64,000 nucleotides of DNA from Pristiophorus japonicus. Taxonomy: Eukaryota. The stretch covers positions 26,908,001 through 26,972,000 of the forward strand of contig NC_091982.1 in NCBI RefSeq assembly GCF_044704955.1. Reading direction: 5' to 3'. Every line of letters starts with the position of its first letter. Positions within the stretch are counted from its first letter, which is position 1. A program made the position numbers and the translations under genes. Below the pieces are notes generated by a model that was not told the DNA's origin, made no database searches, and saw only the letters and a list, made by a program, of their open reading frames with translations. This document shows, piece after piece, positions 23,670-36,128 of this stretch.

Positions 23670-25050
23670 CACAACCTTTTAGGTTTAAATTTTATTCAAA
23701 AAGTTACTGTTTCATGACATAAATACAAATCAGAACAGTACAATGAACAACAAAATATGGAGGACAACAGGATAAGGTAAATATAAAACATTTCAGTTGG
23801 TTGAAAACATACAGCTTGAAGAACTGCCTTTACAACGAAACGCACTTTTTTTTTAAAAAGTAGAAAAGTCTGCTTTCACTTATTTTTAAAAATCATATAT
23901 ACAGTCCTCAGCAGTTCTTTAACGCAGTGGTGTAAGGAACACTAAAGGCAGTACTGACAAATATGAGCAATGTTTTTAAAGTGTGTAAAAGCAAACTATT
24001 CTTCAAAAGACAACCATTTATTCATGGCATATCTAATGAACTAATTATAAAATCTGATGCAATAGCCAAGTTTTTATTTTTGGCAAATAAAGCTGAATAT
24101 TTGTCCAATTGAAACAGAAGATTTATGCAGCAGATAGGGTTGGGAGGTTATGTACTGCAAGCAGTTTAAGGCATGGAATGATTTAAAGAAAATACCTTAA
24201 TAGATGAAAGAAGACCGGCAAGAAGTTGTCATGTACATTTTTTTTTATTATAAGTTAATGTCAACATAGAGTTGATAAAATAACCAGCTGCCAGAGTACT
24301 GCAGAACAATGTTGAAAAGCGTTCTATGAGTTATTAGAAACTTTATTATAATTATGATGGAAAATTTACCATAAAAATTAAAAACATGAACCCAAATTTA
24401 AGGTATAACATAAATGGGTAATTTTCTTGATAACTAGTATCTTCAAACTAATTTACATTATTAAAACAAAATGTACTATGACCAGCTGTAGTTCATTTAA
24501 CCTGAAGATTGCTTGCAAAGACAGATGTGAATAAAATATAAAATACAAATTTAAAAATTACTTAAGCATGAATATCCATGCTATTTTAGACGCTGTTAAT
24601 TTTTATTATAATTTTTAAACCTCGTCCTTTTGTTTGGAATTTCAAAGTATGAAAAACTGAACAAGATTCGCAATTATAAAATCAGCACCAATCATATATA
24701 TATTTTTTTATTTAAAATTTAGTTCCCTATTCCCAAACTCTATCAAGTCAAATAATTGTTTAGAGAAACTTTCAAACATACTACACCAAGCTCATTTAAT
24801 CAGAGACACAATACAGTGGCACTACTGGAAGGAATTTAACTTGCTTCCATAATTTTACAGTCTCTTAAAATATCAATTTATCAGGCAACAAACTGCCTCT
24901 TCAAAGCACTTAATCTAGGTGAACAGTGAACAACTCCAATAAGCATTCTCCTGAAAGGAGAAAATCTGTACAGTTTTAATAGTTTAACTGCATTAACCAA
25001 AATACTTCTTTTAAAACTACCTCTCAATTCATTCATTAAATGACATTTCC
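23670..25050 (-). other. STAG2: STAG2 3' UTR with polyadenylation signal
   Basis: Repeat-free AT-rich block following the stop codon; AATAAA on the minus strand at 23691-23696; multiple TGTA motifs. The 3' end is inferred. Confidence 0.6.
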
Positions 25051-25074
25051 TCAGAACATTGAAACTCCAAGCAC
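25051..25074 (-). CDS. STAG2: STAG2 last coding exon (VLGVSMF*)
   Basis: tttctgtcccttttAG|GTG CTT GGA GTT TCA ATG TTC TGA; matches the STAG2 C-terminus (STAG1 ends GFGMPMF). Confidence 0.93.
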   Translation of the reverse strand: MLGVSMF

Positions 25075-25301
25075 CTAAAAGGGACAGAAACAATAGCCTT
25101 TGTTAGATCAAGAGTGGAACAAAAATTATAACCAAGTACAGGTACTTCATAATTAGACATTTTATTATAATTTCAAGCAATGTTCAAAAGGATGAGAACA
25201 CAAGTAATAGATTTGTGTTTAATGAGTTAAATTATTTTTTTCCATCCATTTAGCATTTTTGGAATAAGACATTTATGCCACCTTAATAGTTGAGATTCAG
25301 T

Positions 25302-25314
25302 TGCCATCTAGTGG
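25302..25314 (-). promoter_or_regulatory. Candidate CTCF binding motif in the last STAG2 intron
   Basis: TGCCATCTAGTGG (reverse complement CCACTAGATGGCA) matches the CTCF core consensus and lies in non-repeat sequence. Confidence 0.55.
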
Positions 25315-26284
25315 ACATTTTGCATAACTATAGTCAGAGCTGATTATTTAAAGCAAATACAAATAAAAAAGACACAAATATTCAGTGGCATTAGAATTGA
25401 TTTATGCAAGTCGTCTTCACCAATATAGCTTAAATATATTATAGTTCCTCTCCATTAAGAGAGCACAATGTATTATTTAACAAAACCCAATTTAATTAAG
25501 TTATAGGTGCCAATTTAAAAAAAAACTGCCAGAAGCCCTCTGGGTCAGGATCCTCTAACAACTTTGTAAATTCACATTACAAATACATTCACCTTAACTG
25601 CTAAGTGTTGACGTTTGAAACATACAATAATGATGGTGGGGAAAAGACCAGCCGACACCAGATTCATGATGACTGGAGCATTGAAACATTGCTCCATGAA
25701 AATATTGAAAACTGTTCAAAGAAATGTAATTAAGATTTTAAATTTGTGTATTTTTCTAGCTATCAAGAGTTGTAGATAAGAACATCTGTACAAAGTATTA
25801 ACTTTGTTTCCTCATGGTAGATTGTGAAGTTGCTTTGATGGGTTACCATTGAGGGTGCACCCCCACCAACAATTCAAGTAAAGGGCTACTTGAATAAGCC
25901 GTGAATCATCATAATTTACCAAAAAAATACATCCTCAATTGTTGAGGATTGAGGGAAGATTTATATTCCTATAACCAAGGACTCCTGTGATTAAGCTGCA
26001 AGCACTAACTGCCAAAATGCATCCATGTTCGGTTTGTACCCATTACACAACAGCTTATTTGTTTTGTGGAGCGTACAACCCACATTTCTTACAAATTATT
26101 TCTTCTTCCCCCCCGGCCCCATTCTTCATCAAGAAGCACTTGACCCCAACTTGGCACTTTTCCCAACCACTTGCCTGAGATCGGGAACTCAGGCATTCCA
26201 ACATGTTGATGCTCCAGTGCACTATGTGACCACACCACACATCTCTGAAATACCAGAGCCTTTAACTCGATATTGTGAAGGCTA

Positions 26285-26383
<99 letters not shown>

Positions 26384-26464
26384 CTAGAAAGAAAAAAATT
26401 TTGTATTTAGAATTTTTGCTCAAATTCTAGAAGTTAATTTAATCTTTTTTCTGTATCTTATTAC

Positions 26465-26591
26465 CAGATCAATGTCGATGGTGTCAAAATCCATGCCTTC
26501 ATTGAGATCTTCAATACGACCCTCTGATGACATCATCACATCTTCCACTATTGGCTCTTCATCATCCTCCATCAAACCAGTGCCACGCCGA
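26465..26591 (-). CDS. STAG2: STAG2 exon ([42 protein letters not shown])
   Basis: 127 nt, phase 2-0, canonical AG/GT; followed by an 81-nt intron. Confidence 0.95.
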
Positions 26592-27299
26592 CTAGAAAAG
26601 AAAATATCTGTAAATTCTCCACCGATACATCGTCTTCATGACATTGGCTGCTGTCCTGACCTAGGCAGCAGGATATTTTGGAAAAATAGGCAATGGGTTT
26701 ATTTAATGTACATGGACAGCTACAGGCTGAAATTATGGGACTTTGCTATGCCAGAAAAGTAACATTTTCTATTGAGTTATAGATAAATAATATATTTATG
26801 AGATCCAAATTTTTTCCAGAGGGGGAATATTTCAATCGTATTTATCCCCACCCCTTCGTTGTTCCACTCCTTTAAGATAGTTAATTCAATGCAAATATTT
26901 TAATAGTGAAAAATTGGACAACCAAAGCTTATGCCTGTTAATCTGCTTCAGTTGTTCTGGTACCATAGCTGATATTAATAACAATTAAGTTACTAAAGCC
27001 CATTTAGAAAACACAAGGAGGTCCCAAAAGTTAATTAATAATTTTTTTTAGGAATATATCCTTTTAATTTAGAATTTTGGATTTGTAAATTGGTTTGGTG
27101 AATGCACAAACAAGTCCCAATTTGTGGCAATGTGCATTTTTCCTCTCTATTCTTCTGACCTATTTATCTATAAGGCGGCGCATGGTTTTAAAAAACATTC
27201 AGGTACAGTACAGAAATAGTGTGATTTTTGCTTTGTAATGTTCTTCTTTCTTAGCTCTTTATTTCACAGAGAAACAAGTGTGAATATGGGAGTAGGGGA

Positions 27300-28720
27300 T
27301 AAATATTGAGGCTACTGAAGGTAATGGGTGAGTGGGATTTGCTGCGTTAGGACAGGGCAGTCGAGTTTTAGATGAGCTCAAGTTTACGGAGGATGGAAGA
27401 TGCGAGGCTGGCCAGGAGAGCATTAGAATAGTCGAGTCTAGAGCAATGTCTTGAACAAAGGCATGAATGAGGTTTTCAGCAGCAGATAAGCTGTGGGGGC
27501 AAAGAAGGGCAATGTTACAAGCCAATTTTTATGACGGAGAGAATATGGGGACAGAAACTCATCTCGGGGTCAAACAAGACACCGAAGTTCAGCCTGAGAC
27601 AAGTGGCAAGGGAGGGCGATGAAATTGGTGGCTAGGGAACAGAATTTGTGGCAGGGGCCTAAGACAATGGTTTTGGTCTTCCTTTGCCATCATTTTGAAA
27701 GAATCTGCCACCCATGTAGGACCAAGCAGTCTGACAACACAGAGGCAATGATGGGATAGAGAGAGGTGGTGGTGAGATAGATCCGGATGTCATGAGAGAA
27801 CATGTGGAACCTGACTTCATGTCTTTGTATGGCAGCATGTAGATGAGAATAGGAAGGACTGAGAAGAGAAGCCATTGAGGGAAATTCTCTGGCTACGACT
27901 GGGTAAATAAAGAGTGGGCAGGACAGCACAGGAGAGGCATTGGAGGAGGATGTGTGGTATACCATGTCAAATACTGCAGACAGGCAGAGGGATGGGGAGC
28001 GTTAGTGCACCATGGTCAGTCACAGAGGATCTAATTTGTGACTTTGATTAAGGCTGTTTTAGTGTTGTGATGGGGCAGAAACCTGATTGGAGATGTTCAA
28101 ACACGGAGTTGAGGGGAAAATAGGCAGGGATTTGGGAGGCGACAACACGTTCAAGGACTTGGGAGAGGAAAGGGAGGTTGGAGATGGGCCGATAGTTTGC
28201 TAGGACCGAAGGGTTAAGTGTGGGTTTTTTTGAGGAGAGGGTAATGATGGCAAATCTGAAAGGGATGGGGAGGGAATCGTTACAATATCAGCTAGAATGG
28301 GGGCTAGGAAGGGAAGTTGAGGGGTCAGCAGTTTAGTAGGAATAGGATCGAGTGAGCAGGTGGTGAGTTTCAATAACAAGATGAGCTGGGAGAGGGCATG
28401 AGAAGAGATAGGAATTAAACTAGAGAAAGGTGCGTGTTCCGAGCTAGGGCAGGGGAGATGTTTGGCTTGATGGACAAAGAAAAGGGAGGAATGCGACAGG
28501 AAGTAGAATGGACAAAAGAACTCCATGAGTTCTTCGTACTTGTTGGAGGTGGCAGGGTAGGAGTTTAAGGAGATGGTTGGTAGTGAAGAAAAAAGGCCGT
28601 GGATTATCTTTGTCTTCCAACATAATTCTGGAGTAGTGAGCAGTTTTGGCAGAGGGAAGCAGGGCCCGATAATATTTGATGTGGTCCATCGATGAATGGC
28701 TAAACCAGTTGTGCGCCATA
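27300..28720 (-). mobile_element. Degenerate L2 LINE
   Basis: Peptides TTCSLDPIPTKLL, SAKTAHYS and AAENLIHAFV in minus-strand ORFs. Confidence 0.8.
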
Positions 28721-28986
28721 AAGGATCAGAAGCGAAGAGGAGAGATGAAAGTTAAATAGCAAGTTGGTAAAGATACATGCCAATGGAAAACCATATGAAT
28801 TATTTTATTTCTTGTAACAGTTACTATTTTAACAAATATTTTTCTCAATTTGAACATGTAATTATGCAATATGGCATGATTACAAGTACAAACTGAGAAA
28901 AGTAGCATGGTCATTTATGGGACATGAATTACTAATTTCGCTTACAGTACTATGAAAATTTTTTCCAGCATTCCCTGAAGACTTAC

Positions 28987-29094
28987 ATAGCATGTTGCAG
29001 ATTGGATCTTAATTTAATGTAATTCATTGCAGCTCGCTCTTGTTGCCTTGCTTCTTCTTGTTGTCTCTGGGCAATCAACCATGACATCTGACTA
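28987..29094 (-). CDS. STAG2: STAG2 cassette-type exon ([36 protein letters not shown])
   Basis: 108 nt, symmetric phase 2-2, donor GTAAGT, tandem CAGTAG acceptor; resembles the alternatively spliced exon of the long mammalian STAG2 isoform. Confidence 0.9.
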
Positions 29095-29204
29095 CTGGAT
29101 AAAAGAAATAGAAATATATAATAAAGAAATGTATAATAAACTGAATCTGAATTCAGTGTCAGAATTGGAAAACTCCAAGATGTAACTGCACTTACTACAT
29201 TATA

Positions 29205-30800
29205 TTACATAGGATATATGGCACAGAAACAGGCCATTCGGCCCAACCAGCAATTATGCTCCACTCGAACCTCCTCCTGGCTTTCCTTATATAAATCTCA
29301 GAGTAACCCTCTATTCCCTTCTCCCGCATATGCTTGTGGTAGCGAGTTCCACATTCTTACCACTCCTTGGGTAAATAAGTTTCTTCTGAATATCCTATTG
29401 GATTTCTTGATGACCATCTTATATTGATGGCCTCCAGTTATGCTCTTCCCCACAAGTGGAAACACTGTCTCTGTATCCACTCTATCAATACCTTTCATAA
29501 TTTTAAAGAGCTCTATTAGGTCAGTCGTCTTTATTCAAGAGAAAAGAGACCCAGCCTGTTCATCCTTTCCCGATATGTATACCCTCACATTTCTGGTATC
29601 ATCCTTGTAAATCTTCTCTGCACCCTTTCCAGTGCCTCTATATCCTTTTTATAATATGGCGATCAGAACTGTCGGCAGTACTCTAATTGTGATCTAACCT
29701 TTACTCCCACTCTCTGTTTTCTGTCTTGAAGCCAGCTAGCGATCCATTCTGCTACTTGTCCCCTGACTCCGCATTCTCTGACCTTATTCATTAGTCTGTT
29801 ATGGGGTACCTTATCAAAGGCCTTTTGGAAAATCTAGATACATTACATCTACTGCATTACCATTGTCTACTCTCTGTTACTTCTTCAAAAGATTTAATCA
29901 GGTTGATGAAGCAAGATTTTCCCTTTTGAAATCCATGCTGACTATTCATCGTCATACTTTTTGTTTCTAGGTGTTCTTCTCTTCTCTCCTTTAGTAGGGA
30001 TTCCATTATTTTTCCTACCACTGATGTTAAGCTGACTGGTCTATATTTCTCTGGCCATGTTCTACCCCCCTTCTTAAATATAGGTAGTACATTAGCACTA
30101 CACCTTTTTCGAACGAATTATTAAATGTGTTGTAACGCTATCTCTTCCCTAGACTCTTAAAATACGTGGATGTAATCCATCCAGACCTGGGGTTTTATCC
30201 TCTTCCATTTGATTACTTTAGTTAATATATTCCCTTTTTTATTTTAAATGCACTTATCTCATTACTCATATCATCCAACGCCATGTCCACCTGTTCCATC
30301 TCCGTGATAAATACCAAAGCGAAATAATGATTTAATATTTCTACCATCCCTCTATTGTTATCTCTGTGTGGCATTGTCCGGTCTATCCCTTAATGGCTCT
30401 ATTCCCATCCCAACCGTCCTTTATTTATTGATGTGCCTGTAAAATATTTTACTATTGTGTTTTATGTTCCTTGATAATTTAATTTCATAGTTCCTCTTTG
30501 CCTTCCTAATTGTTTTTTTGATGCCTCTCCGAATCCCTTCGTAATCTCTCTATCATGCACTCCTTTGCTGTCTATGTATTTAATGTATGCCTCTTTCCTT
30601 ACCCTCAATTGTTTACTTATGTCTTTATTCATTCATGGAGTCTCACTAATGTTTAGTTTGTTCTTTCCTTTTTGCAGAATATATTTTATCTGCACTCTGT
30701 TGAACACTGTTTTAAATGTTTCCCATTGTTGTGTGTCAATATTGTTGCCTATTTTATTTTCCCAAGTTCTATTCCCAGCCCCTCAAAATCAGCTTTTCTC
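29205..30800 (-). mobile_element. Degenerate CR1 LINE
   Basis: ORF 29298..29498 (KGIDRVD...FTQGVVRMWNSLP) and RT remnants. Confidence 0.8.
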
Positions 30801-31567
30801 CAATCTATGAACCTGGTTTCATTATATTGTACAATTGTATATATCCTACATCAATAATCATTTACAGGACAAACACTCAGTTGCATTTATGTCATTTAGC
30901 TTTTTTGTTGAGACTTTCTGTAGACATTTTTAAAATAAAGTATTTCCCAGCATTCCTTGAAAGCTGCTAAAAAAAACCTGGCAAATGCAGATTTAAATAA
31001 AAAATACTGGTTAGAATATAGCTTAGGATTTGTTTTAAAGTATTTGGGGGGGTGGGGAAAAGAGAGAGATTTTCCCAAGATACTTTAGGCGCTACAAAGC
31101 CTCCCTAGTGGCTAAGATGGGGTCTTAACCACAAACACCCATTTAGCACAAGATGCCATCTTGGTAAAGGAGTTGAATCTTGTACTACAAACAACCACTC
31201 GGAGCATCATTAAACAGCTAATTGCCACTTAAATTACCTGCTAGCGCTTATTAAGGAAGCTGCACAGCATTTTACTGTTCACTTGCTGCTGGAGGTTTGA
31301 AGGGAACTTTTGAAACACATCGGGAGACTTTCTGGGACACAGTCAAGACTTAACCAACACTATCAATATTTATTCTGGAAATTATGAGGACTTCATCTTA
31401 AAAACAAAGAGTAAGCACTGTGCTACTCTACCTTATTGGACACCTTATTGGAGCCACCAGCTGAAAGGGACTGCTTGGTCATCGATAATTTACTATGGGT
31501 CCTTTCTTGGTCTGCCAGAGGAATGGGAGGAGGACATGAGGCCAGGCAGAGCAGCACCAGCTGCTGC

Positions 31568-31568
<1 letters not shown>

Positions 31569-31610
<42 letters not shown>
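31569..31610. repeat. (GA)n microsatellite
   Basis: Direct reading of the sequence. Confidence 0.95.
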
Positions 31611-31614
<4 letters not shown>

Positions 31615-33402
31615 GAGGGTGAAATGAACTCCTTCCCCTATGCGGGTACAGGACATCCATCCACCTCTGGACCCTCCTCCACCAGAAACTCCAGTTCCGC
31701 GACAAGAACCTGTGCGCCCACTCGCTCGGTCCGAGCTATCCTGAAATGGGATACTGTGCATCAGCCAGCACCTTCAGTGGAAGTGGCTGAGGAGAGCCCA
31801 CATATACTGCTTCACGAAAATCATGTCTTTATCAGCGCTTGAGTGCTAAACCTGCAGTGTGCGTGTTTCAGCACCTCCTGGCAAATTCAAATTATGGTAA
31901 TCAGCAATTAGGACCAAAATTGCGTGCTAAAACCAGACTTTCAAACAGGCGTATCTTAGTTGCACAGCATCCATTTAGCACCCGCTTTCACCCTTTCACC
32001 AAAATAACCCCCTAGGTGATTACAATGATTACAGGATTCAATAGGGTAGATACAGAGAATCTACTTCTCCTGCTGGGGGAATGCAGAACAAGAGCATCTT
32101 AAAATTAGAGGTAAGCCATTTAGGAGTGAAACTAGGAAGTACTTTTTCGTACGAAGAGCAGTGGAAATCTGGAACATCCAAAAGACGATGGATGCTAGGT
32201 CAACTGAAATCTTCAAGACCAGGATCGATAGATTTTTGTTGGGTAAGAATATCAAGGGATATGGAGCAGTGGCAGTTAAATGGAGTTGAGGTACAGATCT
32301 GCCATGATCTAATTGAATGGCAAAACATGCTCAAAGGGCTGACTGGCCTGTGTAACACAGGTAAATGGGCATAATACTGCTGCATCATCACTGAAGAGTT
32401 TTTTAAAACTGTGTGGGTGTGCGTGAGCGAGAGAGAGAGAGAGAGAGAAAAGGAGGGAGAAAGACAGAGTGAGTGTGCATGAAAGTGAGAGATCGATTGT
32501 GTGTGTGTGAAGTCTAAAGGACATCAGTGCTGGAGAATGGAATACTTCGGATTTCAGCATCAAGCACTCCCAGCTTAGGTACAACATAATTAGATGCAAA
32601 GTAAACCTCCAATGTGTCTCAAAGCCAAACTGGGAAGAACATCCTCCATCGACCGTAACGGTATTACAATTTTTCATTTCCCAACCCAGTCACACTAGAG
32701 TCTTTCAGAATGAAAATGTCAATTTACTACCAGCTAGTTCTGAATTAAGAGCAGTATTGTCGTGAACCCACATCCATAAGGTGTAAAGCTGATGTCAAAT
32801 TCACTGTGCTACATTGCCAACCATGTATCCAGGTTTGATCCTTGCATGCCATGAGTTGATTTCAGCCAAAAAGCTATGGGGAGGTGCGAAACACAAGGTT
32901 GGCAACTGCTTTCAGGGAAAGGTTAAAATGGAAGGGAAATTAGAATTTCTTTTGTCTCTTGGCCATTTTCAGGCACTTCCTTTTAGCTGCCTAATTAAAA
33001 GCATCATCAGGAAAAGGCCTGGGAAACAGGTAACTTAAACACAAGCTGAGATGGCCTAATGATGGCTAATGCCCAGAGAAAAATTAGAAGTGATATTTCC
33101 TCTTTCTCTTTCCAGTCCTTTGTGAGACTAAGTGAGGAATTAATCACGCTGGCTTTCTTTTCTGCTTTAATTTTTTCTTAATATACCAAAATGAAATTAA
33201 CTATCGACTAATGACAATCTAAAACAGATCTGAACAAAACAGGATTGTGTTCAAATAACTGTAAAAGGCCATTTTACTATCTATGATTTGAAGCATTACC
33301 ATGAAGAAGTAAATTTGTGGCCGCGGGATTTTATTGCTAACACAAACAACCGAGGGAAGGGGTAAAAGTATTTGTAGATAATAAAACCAACTGTACACTT
33401 AC

Positions 33403-33586
33403 TTGTAGTCCACATGAGGCTGATGATGTTGTGGCATTTGGCATACCCCCATGTAACTTTCTTCTTCAGGCCGCAGCCTCTTCGGCTCTCTCATAACAGT
33501 GGAAGTCAACTGTGGGGTTTGCATCATGAGTGGTGACTGCAAACTATGTTCTCTGCTGATCCATGATCCGTCATTGCTTTCCTCTG
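33403..33586 (-). CDS. STAG2: STAG2 exon ([61 protein letters not shown])
   Basis: 184 nt (181 with the second AG of the TAGCAG acceptor), phase 1-2, donor GTAAGT. Confidence 0.92.
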
Positions 33587-33969
33587 CTATGAAATTTGCA
33601 CAGAATATTTCAGCTTTTTAATTTTACCAACATAACCATAAAAGTTATACACCTAGTGAACCAATTAAGATGGGTGTTTTAAAAAAAAGGAATGCTTATT
33701 TCATCTTCTGTCGCCCCTTCCTTTCATGACCCTGCCCCCTAAATTTTCTTCCAACTGAGGGTTTTTGGGCAAGTGACAGCCCACATCTGTTAATGATACT
33801 CTAAAATCAGTTGACAAGAGCTGCATAAGACTGATATTTATTATCTTGCCCACCAAATTTTTCCTGAGAGGAGACAGAGGAAATACTGTTCTGAACAATC
33901 TGGCTGCAACTGAGTACTCACTATGTGGGCAATCATGGGTTAAAACTTATATCTCTTCATTCATTGGGG

Positions 33970-36128
33970 CATAAGAATTAGGAGCTGGAGAAGGCCATTC
34001 GGCCCCTCGAGCCTGCTCCGCCATTCAATGAGATCATGGCTGATCTACCTGCACTATCCCCATATCCCCTGATTCCCTTAATATCTAGAAATCTATTGAT
34101 CTCTGTCTTGAATATACTCAAAGACTGAGCCACCACAGCCCACTGGGGTAGCAAATTTCAAAGATTCACCACCACTATCCGAAATGGCCAACCCCTTCTT
34201 TTGAGACAGCGACCCCTGGTTCTAGACTCCCCAACAGAAGAAACATCCACCCTGCATCTACCCTGTCAAGCCCTATAAGAATTTTGTATGTTTCAATATG
34301 ATCACCTCTCATTATTCTAAACTCTAGAGAATATAGGCCCAGTCTACTCAATCTCTCTTCATAGGACAATCTTCCCATCCCAGGAATCAGTCGAGTGAAC
34401 TTTTGTTGCACTCCTTCTATGGCAAGTATATCTTTCCTTGGGTAAGGAGACCAAAACTGTACACAATATTCCAGGTGCGGTCTCACCAGGGCCTTATATA
34501 ATTGCAGTAAGATTTCTTTACTCTTATACTTGAATCCTCTTGTAATAAAGGTCAACATACCATTTGCTTTCTTAATTGCTTGCTGTACCTGCATGTTAAC
34601 TTTGTGATTCGTGTACAAGGACCCCCAGGTCCCTCAGAACACCAACATTTTCCAATCTCTCACCATTTAAAAAATACTCTGCTTTTTTATTTTTCCTAGC
34701 AAAGTGGATAACTTCACATTTCTCCACATTATGGCCCCAAGTTTCCACACGTGGCAAAACAGGCGCCCCTCCGAGCTGGGCGCCCGTTTTTCGCGCTGAA
34801 AACGGCGCCTGAAAAAAAAACGCACTATTCTCGAGCGCTTTGCAGCTCGATGTCAGCTTGGCGCGGCGCCCAGGGGGCGGAGCCTACCACTCGCGCCGAT
34901 TTTGTAAGTAGATGGGGACGGGTACCATTTAAATGAGTGTTTTTCGTGCCGGAAACCCTGCGCGTGCGCGTTGGAGCGTTCATGCACGCGCAGTGTGAAG
35001 GAAACATTGGCACTCGGCCATTTTTGTAGTTCTTTGCAGCTGTTCATTTTTTAAAATCATTTTTTAATAAAAGCACATTGCCCTTCCATGATCAGCACTG
35101 AGGCTTCTTGCAGCAGTGAGAAGGCTGCAGGAAGCCTCAGAAGTTGAGGCAGCCGTTTCCCGATGGGCCCGACCGACGGCAGGGGGGCCTCCCACCCCTG
35201 CTGTCGGGAATGGCTGCCTCAACTTCTGAGGCTTCCTGCAGCCTCCCCTCTCCCCTCCCCCCCCCCCGCCGTCGGGAACGGCTACTGCCGTCGGTCGGTC
35301 GGGCCCTCACTGTGTTTCCCCCCCGCGGGAACGGCTGCTGCCATCGGTCGGGCCCTCACTGCCTTTCCCCACCCGCCGTCGGGAACGGCTGCCTCAACTT
35401 GTGAGGCTTCCTGCAGCATTCTCCCTGCCTGAAGCACTTGCACACAGGTAGGAACATGGTTTATTTAATCTTTTCTTTGCTTATAAATTTTCATTCAGGT
35501 TGGAATTATTTGTATAATATTTGTATAAGTATAACTAAGGATTTATTGTAGAATTTAATGACTTCCCTTCGCCCCCCCCCCCACCTCGTTCCGGACGCCT
35601 AATTTGTAACCTGCGCCTGATTTTTTAATGTGTAGACAAGGTTTTTTCAGGCCTACAAAAATCTTCACTTGCTCCATTCTAAGTTAGTTTGGAGTACGTT
35701 TTCACTGTGGAAACTTTCAAATCAGTGGCCGGACACGCCCCCTTTTGAAAAAAAAATTTTGTTCAAAAGTGAAACTGTTCTAAATGACTAGAACTGCAGA
35801 AAACTTAAATGTGGAGAATTGTGATTTCTAAGATACTCCGTTCTCCACCAGTTGCTCCAAAAAATCAGGAGCAAATCATGTGGAAACTTGGGCCCTATAT
35901 TCTATTTGCCATGTTCTTGCCTTCTCACTTAGCCTGTCTATATTCCCTTGAAGTCTCTTTGCATCCTCCTTACAACTTACATTCCCACCCACCAAATTTA
36001 AGATACATTACATTTGGTCCTCATCCAAATCATTGATATAGATTGTGAATAGCTGGGGCCCAAGCACCGATCCTTGGGGCACCCAGCCAGTTACAGCCTG
36101 CCAACCTGAAAATGACCTGTTTATTCCT
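33970..36128 (-). mobile_element. CR1 LINE 3' fragment split by a MITE
   Basis: ORF 34175..34618 (LQLYKALVRPHLEYCVQFWSP); the sequence resumes after 35895. Confidence 0.88.
34733..35895. mobile_element. Non-autonomous Harbinger-like TIR element (MITE family A)
   Basis: TIRs GGCCCCAAGTTTCCACA / TGTGGAAACTTGGGCCC, 3-bp TSD TAT; homologous to 53771-54980. Confidence 0.85.

Noticed and set aside
19200-23670. PCCB remnant between STAG2 and MSL2L, expected from the STAG1 paralogon
   Set aside because: Only SINE/LINE fragments are recognisable; I see no carboxyltransferase-like exons, though a TBLASTN would be needed to exclude them.
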